Shown piece by piece: positions 18,475 through 26,101 of a stretch of DNA of 30,702 nt. Within the stretch, counting starts at the first letter, position 1, and every line of letters starts with the position of its first letter. Source of the DNA: a virus (lineage: Duplodnaviria; Caudoviricetes); IMG/VR virus record IMGVR_UViG_3300017747_001564, positions 1 to 30,702 of that record; one strand, given 5' to 3'. Both the position numbers and the translations under genes were made by a program. The notes beneath the pieces were generated by a model, which was given only the letters and a program-made list of their open reading frames with translations, was not told the origin of the DNA and ran no database searches.

Positions 18475-18888
18475 TTAGACCCCAAGGTTTCCTGCCGCCA
18501 CGAAGGTGTTGGCGACCGGGCAGATGAGCGAAATGACAGCAAACTGGCCCATCGTGCTAAACAGCGACGAGTAGGACACCAGCGTCTGACCGCCGGCCGC
18601 CACAGTGACCTTGCCGGCCCCGCCCTGAATGATCGTCACGTTAAAGCCCGCGCCCAGACCGGCTGCGCAAGTGATCGTCGTAGCCGACCCGCTGGTGCAG
18701 TAGATGATCTTGCCGTTGTCGCTGGCGCCCAGCGTGCGGCTGGTTGTCGCTTCCGTCACGATCACGCCGGTCAGCAACTGCGAAGCCGTGACCTTTCGGG
18801 TCGTGGACGACTGAACGGTCGGCAGTTCTTCGGTTAGCGCGAGCGGCGTTGTGACCGCCGGAAGCTGAGAAATCTTAAGGTCAGCCAT
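18475..18888 (-). CDS. virion structural/fibre-associated protein (137 aa)
   Basis: 'MADLKISQLP' N-terminus typical of fibre proteins, followed by a beta-rich domain. Confidence 0.65.
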   Translation of the reverse strand: MADLKISQLPAVTTPLALTEELPTVQSSTTRKVTASQLLTGVIVTEATTSRTLGASDNGKIIYCTSGSATTITCAAGLGAGFNVTIIQGGAGKVTVAAGGQTLVSYSSLFSTMGQFAVISLICPVANTFVAAGNLGV

Positions 18889-18891
18889 TGG

Positions 18892-19053
18892 CTACTCCAA
18901 CAGTAAAAGTCCGCCGTCCTCTTGGACGAGATTGTCGCCGTTTTCGGCTTCGAGATTGCCCTGCGCCTGATCCGGACCGTAGCCCGAAAACAACGCAACA
19001 ATGCCCCCGAGGCCGAGGGCAACGCTGTTACGCAGGGCGACACCGAAACTCAC
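18892..19053 (-). CDS. small virion protein (53 aa)
   Basis: Read by hand: MSFGVALRNSVALGLGGIVALFSGYGPDQAQGNLEAENGDNLVQEDGGLLLLE; exactly fills the gap, with a repeated 'L..E.G..L' motif. Confidence 0.65.
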   Translation of the reverse strand: MSFGVALRNSVALGLGGIVALFSGYGPDQAQGNLEAENGDNLVQEDGGLLLLE

Positions 19054-19056
19054 AGA

Positions 19057-19362
19057 TCAGTTCCGGTTGATCGGCTTGCAGTAGATGGTGCCGTCGTTCG
19101 AGACGCGGATCGCGCTCACGCGCCACGGGGCGCCCGACGAACTCACATCCAGCACGAACGGGATCGGCGTGAAGGCCGGGATCGGGGTGCTAGCGGTGGT
19201 CGCCACAGCGCCGACGCCGACTTCGACGTAGCAAGCCTGATCCGACCAGACCAGCACGCCCTGCGGGCCGGGTGCCCATGCAGTCGTGTTGCCGGCGGCT
19301 GCCGTGAAGGCGACGCTATAGGACGGATATGCGGTTTGATCGCAGGGATTAAGCAGTTCCAT
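19057..19362 (-). CDS. hypothetical structural protein (101 aa)
   Basis: Beta-rich ORF in operon context, GAGG RBS. Confidence 0.7.
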   Translation of the reverse strand: MELLNPCDQTAYPSYSVAFTAAAGNTTAWAPGPQGVLVWSDQACYVEVGVGAVATTASTPIPAFTPIPFVLDVSSSGAPWRVSAIRVSNDGTIYCKPINRN

Positions 19363-19371
19363 AGGTCAGCC

Positions 19372-19737
19372 TCACGCCAAAAATTTGAGTTTGTACAGGG
19401 TGGTGTAATACAGCCCGAAAATCTCGTCGATGATGTTCTGGATCGGTGTGCAATCCTTATCGACGACTTTATACCGCATTTCCATGAGTTCGTCCACTTG
19501 GGCTTCAAGGAACTCGACCACGTTGTTGGTCTTCTTGGCCGACATAAGCGTAATCGGGCCAATCAGGCCGTATTTGCCCTGATAAGCTTCGGCAAACTTG
19601 TCCGCGTGGTCGATGATGCCTTCGTAGAACTTGCCCAGCGCCTTGTGCTTGGCAAAGCTGCGCGTGTTCAGGTGCGCGCTGTGCGTCACATCGCGGGCCA
19701 AAAACAGCATACCAACAAAATCAGCGCACTTCATCAC
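19372..19737 (-). CDS. ferritin/Dps-like four-helix protein (DUF5856-like)
   Basis: 'HSAHLNT.SFAKHKALGKFYE.I...ADKFAEAYQG.YG' and 'IQNIIDEI......TLYKLKFL'. Confidence 0.7.
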   Translation of the reverse strand: MMKCADFVGMLFLARDVTHSAHLNTRSFAKHKALGKFYEGIIDHADKFAEAYQGKYGLIGPITLMSAKKTNNVVEFLEAQVDELMEMRYKVVDKDCTPIQNIIDEIFGLYYTTLYKLKFLA

Positions 19738-21986
19738 ATCAGTCCTTCAGGTGGCATTTCGCCTTCCATCGGCATTTCGCCGCCCATCGGCATCTCAGGG
19801 GGCATACCGCCGCCCTGCATACCGACCACGTCGGCCATGTCGGGCATCTCGCGCATCTCAGGCGCCCCGTCGATCAGATCGCCGGTGTCCATAGCGGCCG
19901 CGATGGTGTTCATCACGATCTCTTGGATTTGCTCGGGCGTCATGCCGCCAGATACCACACCGATACGCTTGGTTTCGGCGTTGTAGGCGTCGACCTCGGA
20001 CTTGTAGCGGTCGATCTCCACCTTCTGCTGTTCCGTGCTGTCCTGCACGTTTTGCAGGATGTCCGTGACGCGGTTCAACTCCTGCGTCATGGCTTCGATC
20101 TGCTGCTGCGCGGCCATCATTTCGGGCGACTGATCGCCTTCCGACAGCACCTTGGGATCCAAAATTTTCTTGAACCGCTGCGCCATCTCCTGCGCGCCGG
20201 GCCAATCCATGTTCTTGATAAACAGATCGCCCGCCACAGCCCAAAGCTGCGGGTTGGACTGCAAAATCTGGCTCATGGCGTCGAGGGCTTCCTGACGCTT
20301 CGTCATGTAGCCCGGACCAGTCGTGACCATCACGTCGTAAACGCCGACGCTGGGGTTGTAGATTTTTTCGATCAGAGCGCCCGTGTCCATGTCGCGGATT
20401 TCCTTGACGGGTTCCTGCTGCATGGGGTTGAACTTGACCATATCGACTTCGCCATCGACGCCGATGATCCGGGCGATGCGCTGGGTGTCGTAAATCTTCG
20501 GGATGATGTCCACGATCTGACGGGTCAGGTGACGGATCGCGCGGGCCAGATTGTCCACATAGTGATACGTGCCGGTGTCGCCCTGCTTCTCGCGCGCCAC
20601 GATGGCCTTAGCGGACCGCTCGTTGCCGCCCATGCCCAGCGATGCGTCGTACTGGCCTGTGGTGCCTTTGATGTCTTCGGCAGCCCCCATCTTGGCTTGG
20701 ATCAAACCAGTCTGGGGCAACGGAGGAGGCGCGCGCTGCGGTAAGGGGAGGACTGACCCAGCACCGTCCGTCACGTCGGGATTGACTTCCAGATACGGCC
20801 AGTTGGTCGTATTGGCAGTCTTCCACTGCATCTCGTACCCTTCGAACTGGCCGCCATAGCCAATGAAGGGTGCCTTGGGCGCCAGCGCGAGCATTTCTGC
20901 CTCTTGGCTCGTCCAATAGTTGTACATACGCTGCGCGTCTTTCGCGTTGCGCACGAGGCCCGAGATATACATCCGGCCTTCGACTTCCCACTCGTTCCCG
21001 ATGACGCGAACGACAGGTATCCACTTGCCCGGCCATTCGCGCTCTTCGAGCACGTCAAAGCCGTTGGTCTTCATCCACATGACCTTCTTGCGGTCTACCT
21101 CACGGCTGCGGATGGGCTTGCCGAACATACCCGACAACTGCTTGTCCCGCTGCGAACCGCGGAAAGCGGTCTGGTTGTCGGGGTACAGGTGCAGCGTGGC
21201 GCGCTCGTTTTCGTAATAGAAATACTCGGCGATCCGGATGGTGTTCTCGGCCAGCCACTGCGACATGCTCTCGTTGCCGACGCCCTGCGCCATCAGCGTG
21301 CTGACAGGCGATGCGTCAGGGAACATTTCTTCGTATTCGGTCGTCAGGATGTCCTGCGTGATGAAGCACCACTTGGCGTCCGCACCGCACGGGTCTTGGA
21401 TCGTGGGGTCCATGTAGACGCTGAAGGCGTTGCGCACGCGGCCGATCTTGATGTCCTGATCGAACGTCTCGTCGTTGCAGTACTCGGTCAACAGGCGGAT
21501 GTAGCCTTCGCCGTACGTGACCTGATTGTCGCAGGCCGTGTCGTAGGCCACGTCGGCGTCCGACATATACTCGATGTGGCGCACCACACCGTTGAAAATC
21601 TCAGCGACCTGAACGTCAGCGTTGTCGTCGGCGGGGATGACCTTGCCCGACGGGCGGTTCTGGCGCTGCTCGTTCGTCACCATGCGGACGTGCTGGGGCA
21701 GCTTGTTGATCGTGAGGCACGGGCGCGCGTTGATGGTCTGGCCCTGCACAGACCCGCGGGTGGCGAGCACGTCGGCCGGCCACTGCCACTGGTTGTCGGG
21801 CGATCCCGCCATGAAGCGCAGATCGTCCAACTCGTCTTCGCGGCTGTCAGAGTACGCAGCCATCGCCATCTGGAGACGGCTGCGCATGGTCGCCATCTTG
21901 TCGTCGTCGTCGCCAGACGACTTCGCCGGGTTGGACCCTACGTTGGCGACTTTGCCCGCCGTATTAATGCCTGTCGGATCGGCCAT
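19734..21986 (-). CDS. portal protein, P22-like
   Basis: 750 aa; 'DDLRFMAG...QW', 'RPCLTINKL', 'GLVRNAKDAQRMYNYW', 'GVYDVMVTTGPGYMTKRQEA'; C-terminal barrel coiled coil. Confidence 0.93.
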   Translation of the reverse strand: MADPTGINTAGKVANVGSNPAKSSGDDDDKMATMRSRLQMAMAAYSDSREDELDDLRFMAGSPDNQWQWPADVLATRGSVQGQTINARPCLTINKLPQHVRMVTNEQRQNRPSGKVIPADDNADVQVAEIFNGVVRHIEYMSDADVAYDTACDNQVTYGEGYIRLLTEYCNDETFDQDIKIGRVRNAFSVYMDPTIQDPCGADAKWCFITQDILTTEYEEMFPDASPVSTLMAQGVGNESMSQWLAENTIRIAEYFYYENERATLHLYPDNQTAFRGSQRDKQLSGMFGKPIRSREVDRKKVMWMKTNGFDVLEEREWPGKWIPVVRVIGNEWEVEGRMYISGLVRNAKDAQRMYNYWTSQEAEMLALAPKAPFIGYGGQFEGYEMQWKTANTTNWPYLEVNPDVTDGAGSVLPLPQRAPPPLPQTGLIQAKMGAAEDIKGTTGQYDASLGMGGNERSAKAIVAREKQGDTGTYHYVDNLARAIRHLTRQIVDIIPKIYDTQRIARIIGVDGEVDMVKFNPMQQEPVKEIRDMDTGALIEKIYNPSVGVYDVMVTTGPGYMTKRQEALDAMSQILQSNPQLWAVAGDLFIKNMDWPGAQEMAQRFKKILDPKVLSEGDQSPEMMAAQQQIEAMTQELNRVTDILQNVQDSTEQQKVEIDRYKSEVDAYNAETKRIGVVSGGMTPEQIQEIVMNTIAAAMDTGDLIDGAPEMREMPDMADVVGMQGGGMPPEMPMGGEMPMEGEMPPEGLM

Positions 21987-21990
21987 AACG

Positions 21991-22131
21991 CTACTTTTTG
22001 CCCTTTTTGGCCGCCTGCCGCTTCACCGAATAGGCGATAGCGACAGCCTGTTTCTGCGGCTTTCCAGCCGCAATTTCGGCCTTGATGTTCTTGCGAAACG
22101 CCGTTTTGCTGGTCGATTTGACGAGCGGCAT
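21991..22131 (-). CDS. small Lys-rich basic protein (46 aa)
   Basis: Read by hand: MPLVKSTSKTAFRKNIKAEIAAGKPQKQAVAIAYSVKRQAAKKGKK. Confidence 0.75.
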   Translation of the reverse strand: MPLVKSTSKTAFRKNIKAEIAAGKPQKQAVAIAYSVKRQAAKKGKK

Positions 22132-22132
22132 C

Positions 22133-22480
22133 TTACTTCTTCTTCGGCGGTGTGGTGCGCTCGCGCACGGTGATGCTGATGACCTGCGGCGCCTTTTTGC
22201 GCATCATGCGTGCCTCTTTGGCTTCCATCGCCTGCGCACGGTTGGCGCGGTCGATGGCCGCTTCGGCGGCCGACGTAGCCTTCTTGGCGCCAGCGCCCAT
22301 CATCCGCATTTCACGCGCTTCCATCGCCTGAGCGCGGTTGGCTCGGTCGATGGCCGACGCAGCAGGGGCCGCAGCCTTGGCGCGGGGCTTGACCAGCGGC
22401 ATGACCCGCGGCGCAGGCTTTGCGGCGCCCTTGAGGGCTGGTTTCGGCATTTTGGGCGTCATGCGGGGCGGCTGGGCCAT
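22133..22480 (-). CDS. basic Ala/Lys/Arg/Met-rich protein with internal duplication
   Basis: 'AIDRANRAQAMEA(R/K)E.RMM' occurs twice; start directly follows the upstream stop. Confidence 0.7.
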   Translation of the reverse strand: MAQPPRMTPKMPKPALKGAAKPAPRVMPLVKPRAKAAAPAASAIDRANRAQAMEAREMRMMGAGAKKATSAAEAAIDRANRAQAMEAKEARMMRKKAPQVISITVRERTTPPKKK

Positions 22481-22642
22481 TTACTTACCTTTCTTGGCGG
22501 GTTTTTTGGCGGTTTTGGCGCTCTCTCTGAACGCCTTGGCTGTGGGGGCACCCTTAGCGCCGACTTTGCGCATTTTCTCGCCCGATCCGGCCTTGATGCG
22601 CTCGCGTTTGGCATGAATGTTAGCGTAGAGTCCGGGCTTCAT
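22481..22642 (-). CDS. small Lys-rich basic protein (53 aa)
   Basis: Read by hand: MKPGLYANIHAKRERIKAGSGEKMRKVGAKGAPTAKAFRESAKTAKKPAKKGK; ATGA overlap with the upstream gene. Confidence 0.75.
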   Translation of the reverse strand: MKPGLYANIHAKRERIKAGSGEKMRKVGAKGAPTAKAFRESAKTAKKPAKKGK

Positions 22643-22905
22643 GAGCATTTCCACCGCTTGAGGCTGGCACGGGCGCGTTCGCCGTCCTTAGCCTTGGCTG
22701 CAACAGCACCCATCCGGGCGCAGAACGACTTCTTACGGCCTTCGTCGGCCTTCGTCTTGGGGTTGGGCGCCGGAGCCTTCAGTTTGCTGCCCGTAGCGGC
22801 ATTATACTTAGCCCGGCCCTTAGCCGTCAGTCCTGCGCCTTTGGACGCGGGCAGCTTTTCCCCGCGGCCGACAGCCAATGACACTGACTTGCGCTTGTCG
22901 GCCAC
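22639..22905 (-). CDS. basic protein (DUF6321-like)
   Basis: 'GAGLTAKGRAKYN..TGSKLKAP...RKKSFCARM...ASLKRWKC'; GTG start just after the terL stop. Confidence 0.7.
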   Translation of the reverse strand: MADKRKSVSLAVGRGEKLPASKGAGLTAKGRAKYNAATGSKLKAPAPNPKTKADEGRKKSFCARMGAVAAKAKDGERARASLKRWKCS

Positions 22906-22907
22906 GC

Positions 22908-24443
22908 TTAAGACCCCATCCAAGATGTAGATACACCGGCTGAAGAATACCCTCGCATGGGCTTTCTGTCAACGCGGTCGCCGCGATACTCGCGTGAGGC
23001 CACTGGGAAGGCGAATGTGAGCGCGATGGCGTCGGCCGCGTCAGGCGACGCCAGCCCGCGCGACTTCATGTCCTTCTTGCTTTCGAGGAACAGCGTGCCC
23101 TTGCTGTCGGGCTTGATGCGCGGGCCGATCAGGTCGGTCTTCAGGAAGCGATCCTCTGGTATGGCCGCCTCTTTGAGCCAGTCGCGCATGGCGCCCCACA
23201 TCTCGGCACGCTTGTTGCCGTACATGAGTTGCTTCTGCGCCTTGTTGCCGAAGTTGACGCCCCTGATCTTGTACCGCTGCTCCTTGAGACGGTCTACGAC
23301 GCCGGCCCCTAGACCGCCTTCATCGACACATACTAACGCAGGTTTGTATTCCTCTATAGCGTCGATGACGTGACCGACCACTTCCATCGTGTCTGCGCCG
23401 CGGTGCCGCTTCAGCGCGATAATGTCGCGCCCCTGCCGCACGGCGATGACGGTCGCGTCCGAGCCGAACCGCGCCGGATCGACGCCGATGGTGATGGGCG
23501 CGCTGGCGTCCTTGTACTTGGGCCGGCGCATGGCGTCGTCCACCACGTTGACCGCGATGAACTGGTCGTCGCCTTCGCTGGGAAACTGGCCGTAGACCTC
23601 GACGTTGGCCTGATAGCTGTCTGAGCCGTACTCGTCGATGATGCGCTGGTAGAGGTTCTTGTCCGTCCCCTCCACTTCGCGCGCGTCGATGTTGCGCGTG
23701 CGCCAGAACGCCCGCTTGGAGTTAAACGTCTCGTAGAAGTACCCGGTGTTACGCCGCGGGTTGGAGAACGCCAGATGGAAGCGGTGCGGCGTGTTTTCGG
23801 TGAAGAAGCCGTCCGCCACCGACCAGATGGAGTCCGGAATACCGCTGGCTTCGTCGAACACCAGCATCACACCGTCGAAGTTGTGCACCCCTGCGTAGGC
23901 GTCGGGGTTCTCTTCGGACCATAGCCGGCCTTCGACCGACCAGTAGCGCGTGCCTTTCTTGAGGTCTTTTTCGACGATCTCGGTCAGCCACTTGGCCGGC
24001 ATGATGCGCGTCGCGGCGATCTCGAACCAGTGGCTGTTGAGCGACATCGCTAGCCACTTGGTAATCTCGGCCCATGTGACCGACCGCAACTGCGCCTCGG
24101 AGTTGGCCGACACGATGGTGGTACTGCCGATGCGCGTGGACAGCATCCAGATCACCAGCCACGAGACTAGCGCCGACTTGCCGATCCCGCGGCCGGACGC
24201 GACCGCTTCGCGGAACACGTCGAAGTCCACCCGGCCGTTGTTCTCACGGATGTGGTCGCGGATGTCCGCAAGGATGCGTCGCTGCCATTTGCGCGGGCCT
24301 TCGAAGTGTTCCAGCGGTGTGCCCTGTTCGCGCCACGGGAACGTCAGCAGCACGAACGCGAGCGGATCATCCTTGATCGTCGGCGCCCACAGGCGCGACA
24401 TCAACTCCATTTCGTCTTGGGCGGAGTATATCGGCTGCTGCAT
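22908..24443 (-). CDS. terL: terminase large subunit
   Basis: Walker A 'ASGRGIGKS', Walker B 'LVFDEASG', 'FSNP', RNase-H-like nuclease 'IGVDPARFGSD' and 'SPDAADAIALTFA'. Confidence 0.95.
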   Translation of the reverse strand: MQQPIYSAQDEMELMSRLWAPTIKDDPLAFVLLTFPWREQGTPLEHFEGPRKWQRRILADIRDHIRENNGRVDFDVFREAVASGRGIGKSALVSWLVIWMLSTRIGSTTIVSANSEAQLRSVTWAEITKWLAMSLNSHWFEIAATRIMPAKWLTEIVEKDLKKGTRYWSVEGRLWSEENPDAYAGVHNFDGVMLVFDEASGIPDSIWSVADGFFTENTPHRFHLAFSNPRRNTGYFYETFNSKRAFWRTRNIDAREVEGTDKNLYQRIIDEYGSDSYQANVEVYGQFPSEGDDQFIAVNVVDDAMRRPKYKDASAPITIGVDPARFGSDATVIAVRQGRDIIALKRHRGADTMEVVGHVIDAIEEYKPALVCVDEGGLGAGVVDRLKEQRYKIRGVNFGNKAQKQLMYGNKRAEMWGAMRDWLKEAAIPEDRFLKTDLIGPRIKPDSKGTLFLESKKDMKSRGLASPDAADAIALTFAFPVASREYRGDRVDRKPMRGYSSAGVSTSWMGS

Positions 24444-24918
24444 ATAATTGTCTTTCTGCTTCGTAACGGGCGTGAACCGCTTCGGCTTCAGTTGCGAACA
24501 CGCCTAAAGTCACGCGTCGATTGTCTTTGTCGATATACGCGCGCCAGCCTTTTCCGCCAAAGCCTTTGCTAACGCCGATATGCTGCGAGTGCGCGGCAGG
24601 CAATTTTACGCGGTTCTGGCAGTTAGCGAACCGCGACGCTTCGCGTAGGTTTGTTATTCGGTTATCGTTGCGCTGCCGATTGACGTGGTCAAGTTCGCCG
24701 TCAGGCCAGCAGCCGTGTTGGTAAAGCCAAGCGAGGCGATGCGCGCGGTAGGATCGGCCGTTTAGTTTTATCACAACGTAGCCGTGGTAGCTGGATGTTC
24801 CGGCGAGAGCGCCAACAGGGCAGCGCTGGCGTTGGAAACGCCAACGAAACTCGCCCGTATCCGGATCATACGTCAGTAGACTTTTCAGGCGTTCTTGCGT
24901 TATCAAGCTGGTAGCCAT
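24367..24918 (-). CDS. HNH homing endonuclease with C-terminal AP2-like domain
   Basis: 'ITQERLKSLLTYDPDTGEFRW', 'YRAHRLAWLY', 'LDHVNRQRNDNRITNLREA', 'GVS....WRAYI......TLGVF.TEAEA'; GGAG RBS. Confidence 0.9.
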   Translation of the reverse strand: MATSLITQERLKSLLTYDPDTGEFRWRFQRQRCPVGALAGTSSYHGYVVIKLNGRSYRAHRLAWLYQHGCWPDGELDHVNRQRNDNRITNLREASRFANCQNRVKLPAAHSQHIGVSKGFGGKGWRAYIDKDNRRVTLGVFATEAEAVHARYEAERQLYAAADILRPRRNGVDVAPVGADDQG

Positions 24919-25372
24919 CAACAATCTCCGTTTGTTGGTTGGTTAGGAGAGTGGAGGGCGTTGGCGCGCTCTCCACTTCCGCATATTGAGCCTCTATAAC
25001 ACGTCGTTGGGCTTTTTCCAAAGCTGCAATAACGCTGATTTGGCCTTCAACAGACACTTCCACAGACTGTTTGCTGACCCACCCATGCTGATGCTTGAGG
25101 ATGTCCAGCGCGGCCTTGGCGTCGCCTTCGGCCGCCGCCTCATGCAGCGTCTTGGCCGCCATCCATTCGCCGTCAGCGCGGCCCTTGAGTTCCGCCATCT
25201 CAACCAGCGGATCGAACTCTTGCAGCCGGCGGTACTGCACCGGGGTGAGGCCAGCGCGCATGGCAAGGCTGTCGCCCTTGAGGCCGTACTTGGCAGCCTC
25301 ATAGATCGCTTCCAGACGCGCCTCAGTGGCTTCGACGCGCTCAGGCGTGAATGGTAGTGAGTAAAAGGTCAT
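24866..25372 (-). CDS. terS: terminase small subunit
   Basis: First gene of the late operon. HTH-like N-terminus, then 'GRADGE.......L.EAA..GD.KAALDILKH.HGW' and 'ISVIAALE.A..RV'. Confidence 0.75.
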   Translation of the reverse strand: MTFYSLPFTPERVEATEARLEAIYEAAKYGLKGDSLAMRAGLTPVQYRRLQEFDPLVEMAELKGRADGEWMAAKTLHEAAAEGDAKAALDILKHQHGWVSKQSVEVSVEGQISVIAALEKAQRRVIEAQYAEVESAPTPSTLLTNQQTEIVDGYQLDNARTPEKSTDV

Positions 25373-25378
25373 GGCCGC

Positions 25379-25429
25379 ACGATAATATGTTTCGGTCGGG
25401 TTTGCAATTTTTCTAAAAAAATAAAAATT
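25379..25429 (-). promoter_or_regulatory. late promoter giving a probable leaderless terS mRNA
   Basis: Minus strand TTGCAA(25402-25407)-17 nt-TATCGT(25379-25384)-6 nt-ATG; A/T-tract UP element; no SD sequence. Confidence 0.6.
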
Positions 25430-25552
25430 GTCTGCGACCCGTGCCCGTGACAGACACGCGCCCGCCGGCCCCACCCCCCCCTTCGCTATGCTGCAACGCA
25501 GCAGAAACCAGACTGCGCTGCGCTGGCAGCGCTGACCTTTTGGCTGGGCGCT

Positions 25553-25910
25553 ATGGGCGATCTAGGTTGGACACATTCGGCTGGCGCGCGATGCGCGGGC
25601 ACATCGACCTATCAGCCAGCAGTCGCGCAACATTATTACAATAAGGAACAGAGCTAGAACGAATGGGCGTTCTGGGTCATCGCATTTCAAGTCGGCTTTT
25701 GATTTACGTTTGGCCGACCCAAACCGCCCATAGTTTACGCTGGCGTAAAGCGTGGGGGCCAAACCCGAACCAGTTCCGGTTCAATGTTATGGGTCATATG
25801 GGCGTTCTAGGTCATGGGTGTAAAGTCGCCGCCATTCCCGTTGTTGATAACCATTCTTAACAACACCACTCTACTTCAGGAAACTACAACTCATAACCTA
25901 TAACGCCCAT
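25553..25910. repeat. five dispersed copies of an 18-bp motif ATGGGCGNTNTRGGTYRN
   Basis: Copies at 25553(+), 25663(+), 25714-25731(-), 25798(+) and 25893-25910(-). Confidence 0.8.
25646..25660. promoter_or_regulatory. alphaproteobacterial LexA-type box GAAC-N7-GAAC
   Basis: GAACAGAGCTAGAAC. Confidence 0.6.
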
Positions 25911-26075
25911 AAGCTACTCAGTCCCTTGGATTGCCGCGCTTTTTCGCTGGGTCATCCAGCCGGAAATCGTGACCTATCGCGTAGCCCAAATGACCGCCCA
26001 TTACTTACACCAATGTCAGTAACGTTTGCCCTGGCGCATTTCCCTGGGCGATTTTGGATAAACGATAGCCCAAAA

Positions 26076-26101
26076 GAACACACAAAGAACACAACTAGAA
26101 C
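26076..26101. promoter_or_regulatory. two overlapping LexA-type boxes GAAC-N7-GAAC-N7-GAAC
   Basis: GAACACACAAAGAACACAACTAGAAC. Confidence 0.7.

Noticed and set aside
19923-22930. Long + strand ORFs (273, 378 and 282 aa) opposite portal and the basic genes
   Set aside because: Antisense shadows with no domain signatures.
24367-24918. Group I intron or intein carrying the HNH
   Set aside because: The ORF fills the whole interval, terL is intact downstream, and there is no room for an intron core or intein motifs.
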